From positions 558,001 through 622,000 of the forward strand of contig CM068770.1 of assembly GCA_035084275.1 (NCBI GenBank): DNA of 64,000 bases, read 5' to 3'. The translations under genes and the position numbers were made by a program. The notes beneath the pieces are model-generated. The model was given only the letters and a program-made list of their open reading frames with translations. It made no database searches and was not told where the DNA came from. Positions 61,401 to 64,000 of the stretch are shown in pieces. This DNA comes from Hydrolagus colliei (taxonomy: Eukaryota). Every line of letters begins with the position of its first letter. Positions within the stretch are counted from its first letter, which is position 1.

Positions 61401-61621
61401 CGCCCACGACTCTCCCTCGCGGTGGTGGGGGGGGAGGGGGGGGGCGATCTCTCTCACCGAGTGCTGGGGTCCGGTGTGGAGTGGTTGGAAGGCCCATTCC
61501 ACGGTTAGTTTCCTGGTGATGGGGGCGGATGACCTGAAGTTGCATTTCAGCTCCAGATCCTCGCCCACGTGACCCGTGACCTCGGGCGCCATCGATACGT
61601 CAACCGCGCTCGCCCCGGTGA
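58180..61621 (-). CDS. MPZL3: Myelin protein zero-like 3; exons 61621-61458, 61023-60813, 60417-60258, 58913-58811, 58257-58180 (signal-peptide exon not located)
   Basis: Ig-V: GHVGEDLELKCNFRSSAPITRKLTVEW...ILYYQAGVYP...DRVVWIGDVSRGNASI...DNGTFSCSVRNPPD...SVTKR. TM: VFLSLLVLLPSLVTVMTLLLW. The tail contains RCQRMRVRCAACLE (human MPZL3 has LCVRCAECLD). Phases are consistent (1,0,1,2,0). Confidence 0.88.
59275..60195 (+). mobile_element. CR1 LINE 3' fragment in an MPZL3 intron
   Basis: gcagacacatggcagatgaagtttaatgtggagaaat..gaggtgatgcattttgg (WADTWQMKFNVEK..EVMHFG), and a 3' end gatggacagagaatggcctccgtctgtgctgtataattctatga. Confidence 0.88.
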
Positions 61622-63120
61622 CTGCCGAGAAAACACCGGAGGGTTACCGTCAGCGAACCGGGCAATCAGCCACACACACACACACAGTCACAGAGAGGGA
61701 GCTGGGTCTCTATTCCTCTGAGTTTAATAACCATAATAATAATCTTTACATTTCATAATAATAAGAATCCTCGCATTTGACATGGCGCTTTTCATATCTT
61801 ATCGACGTCTCAAAGCGCTTCACAGAATGCGCTGTAAAGTGAAGTGACTGTATATTTGTGGGAGAAGCGCGGCAGCGCAATTGCGCACGGCCATGTATCA
61901 AATACCAGGATTATTATTATTATCATCATCATTTTATAATTGGAGCCAGACATATTTAGCAGTGAAATCAGGAGCAATGTTTTCACTCAAAACCTGTAAC
62001 TCTCCCCCCATCTCTCTCTGCCCCAAAAGGCAGTAGATCCAGTCACGTTGTCTGGACTGAGGTGGACAGAGGTTTGTCGGGTCAGGGGATCAGGGAATAC
62101 GGGGGCAAAGGCCCCTCACTGGGGCTGAGGGTCATGAGGATCTAATAGAATGACGGAACAGGGGCTTGAGGGCTGAATATCCTCCCCCTGTTCCCATTTG
62201 CTCTATCACTAAACTGGGAACTGGCAAAAATGTTGTCTCTGCCTGACCTCCCCCTCCTCCCTCTCCCCCCCACCACCCTGTATAGTCTCACCCCTGCACA
62301 CTCCCCCTCTCCGCCCCACCCCCCCCCACCTCTCCCCCACCCCCACTCACTTGCAATCAGTGTATCTGATTCATTATTTAACCATTTGTAAACTTCCTCA
62401 AAAAAATTTTTCCTTCCTGTTTGTGCAGGAAGTGGGGTGGGGGAGGCAAGGGGAGGTTGGCACCGTGATTATTATACTGTTAATCCCCCCCCCACCCCCT
62501 CACCCACCCCCTCACCCACCCCCCTGCCTCCCATCCATCGAGTCTGGCGCCTCTGAGAGGCTGATCAGAGGGAGCTCAGTCGGGGGGGGGGGTAGTGGGA
62601 GGGAGGCTTCTCATGTCTGTGCTGATCGCTCACTCATTGCAGCTCTCTGCTCTAAACCATTCCCCATTCCTCTCTCTCACTCTCTTGCTATCGCTTGCAC
62701 ACTCTCTCCCCCCCCCCCAGCCAAATAGCGGTGGGGTTGGGGCGGTGGGACAGGATGGGTGGGGGAGGGAAAACCGAGCGGGAGGGACTGAGGCAACTTC
62801 GTCTTTTTAGTGACTGTGTGTGTCTTATGTGTGTGTCTGTGTGTATGGGGGAAGAACAACAAGAATATAAATCGCTGGGGAACTTAACACTCAGCAGGTC
62901 AGGCAGCATCTATAGAGAGAGGAAAGTGAGCCAACGTTTCAGACCGTGGATGCTGCTGACCTGCTGAGTGTTCGCAGCCATTTCTGTTGTGTGTTTTTTT
63001 CCACATTTGTGTTTATTCCAACACATCCGAGTTACAAACAGCCCAGCTGCACAGTGATCCCAATCTCAACTTGGGTGGGGTTCAGTGACAAATCACTCCA
63101 TTTACAGGAAGAGCGATAGC

Positions 63121-63183
<63 letters not shown>

Positions 63184-63464
63184 AATCTCACGCAGACACA
63201 CACATACACCCTGACACACACAACAAACGACCTTTACTCAGCGCCTATCACATCGGGAGGACGTCCCAAGGCGCTGGGCTGACAGTCCGGGATTTGACCT
63301 GAGCTGGAGGTTTGGGATCACAGGAGTGGGATGGAGCGTGGGACGTAGTGGGGATGACCGAAGGACGAGCGGAACAGGAGAGTCTTGAGATGGGTTTTGA
63401 AGAGGTGAGGGGATATGGGGGGGCTAGGTGGAGTGTCTGTGGATGGAGTTCCAAAAGGTTTAAT

Positions 63465-63751
63465 TAATATTAACAATGCTTGCATTTTGAGATAGTGCGT
63501 TTCACGTCTTCCAGACGTCTCAAAGCGCTTCACAGAATATACTGTAAAGTGAATTGACTGTATACTTGTGGGCGAAACGCGGCAGCCATTTGTGAATTCA
63601 GTGACCAAATTATCATTTTGTTTTTGGAGGGATTATTATTCGGCGTGTGCAGTAAGGAAACTTGCCCAGGTTTCGCTCTGATCCTGCCTGAATTGAACCC
63701 AGGTCTCTCGCTTGTAAAGCGAGTGCTATAACGACTGAGCTACAGGACTCC
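63465..63751 (-). mobile_element. tRNA-derived SINE, full length
   Basis: Reverse complement reads ggagtcctgtagctcagtcgttatagc...ggttcaattc, then core and tail. Confidence 0.9.
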
Positions 63752-63869
63752 ACAAAGTCCTATTTGTGGCTGTCGGAGGAACAAGTGACAAACACAGTCA
63801 CTACACTACAAGAGTAATCAGTGACGATATAATCCCACCCCCCCCCCCACTCCCTCCCCTCTCCCCAGT

Positions 63870-64000
63870 TAGCTCCTGTAGCTCAGTGGTTAGAGCGCTC
63901 GCCTTACAAGCGTGTGAGACCTGTGTTCGAATCCAGGCAGGTCAGGGCAAAACCTTGGGCAAGTTTCTACTCCACGCGCCTGATAAAAATCCCTCAAAAA
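63870..64000 (+). mobile_element. tRNA-derived SINE 5' part (runs off the window)
   Basis: agctcctgtagctcagtggttagagcgctcgccttacaagcg...gttcgaatccaggcaggtcagggc. Confidence 0.9.

Noticed and set aside
62340-62420. Candidate MPZL3 exon 1 ending at an AA|GTGAGT donor (- strand, about 62350)
   Set aside because: No open signal-peptide-like frame leads into the donor. Exon 1 remains unlocated and may lie outside the window.

Overview
This is vertebrate genomic DNA, not prokaryotic. The repeat content (tRNA-derived SINEs sharing an L2-type tail, L2/CR1 LINE debris, Penelope-type terminal repeats) points to a cartilaginous fish, possibly a holocephalan; that assignment is my inference. Five spliced genes can be reconstructed by hand. 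On the + strand are the 3' end of DIXDC1 (DIX domain) and a complete 14-exon DLAT (pyruvate dehydrogenase E2, 611 aa). On the - strand is the Ig-V cluster SCN2B, a JAML/AMICA1-like gene and MPZL3 (exon 1 not found). Most ORFs in the supplied track are artefacts of microsatellites and TE fragments. There are three N-gaps. Main observations: (1) a JAML orthologue with one Ig domain, extra cysteines and the YMTM motif; (2) DLAT directly next to SCN2B, with no SCN4B or PIH1D2 visible; (3) a ~450-nt AG-free satellite that gives SCN2B exon 2 a distant-branch-point architecture; (4) sense-oriented SINE/L2 tails repeatedly sitting just upstream of 3' splice sites; (5) a degenerate hammerhead-like Penelope repeat; (6) a dispersed 55-59-bp unit with higher-order structure; (7) a GC-AG intron in DIXDC1 and a 1-nt frameshift in SCN2B. 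I found no clearly new multi-gene system. Gene names rest on recalled protein similarity, not database searches.
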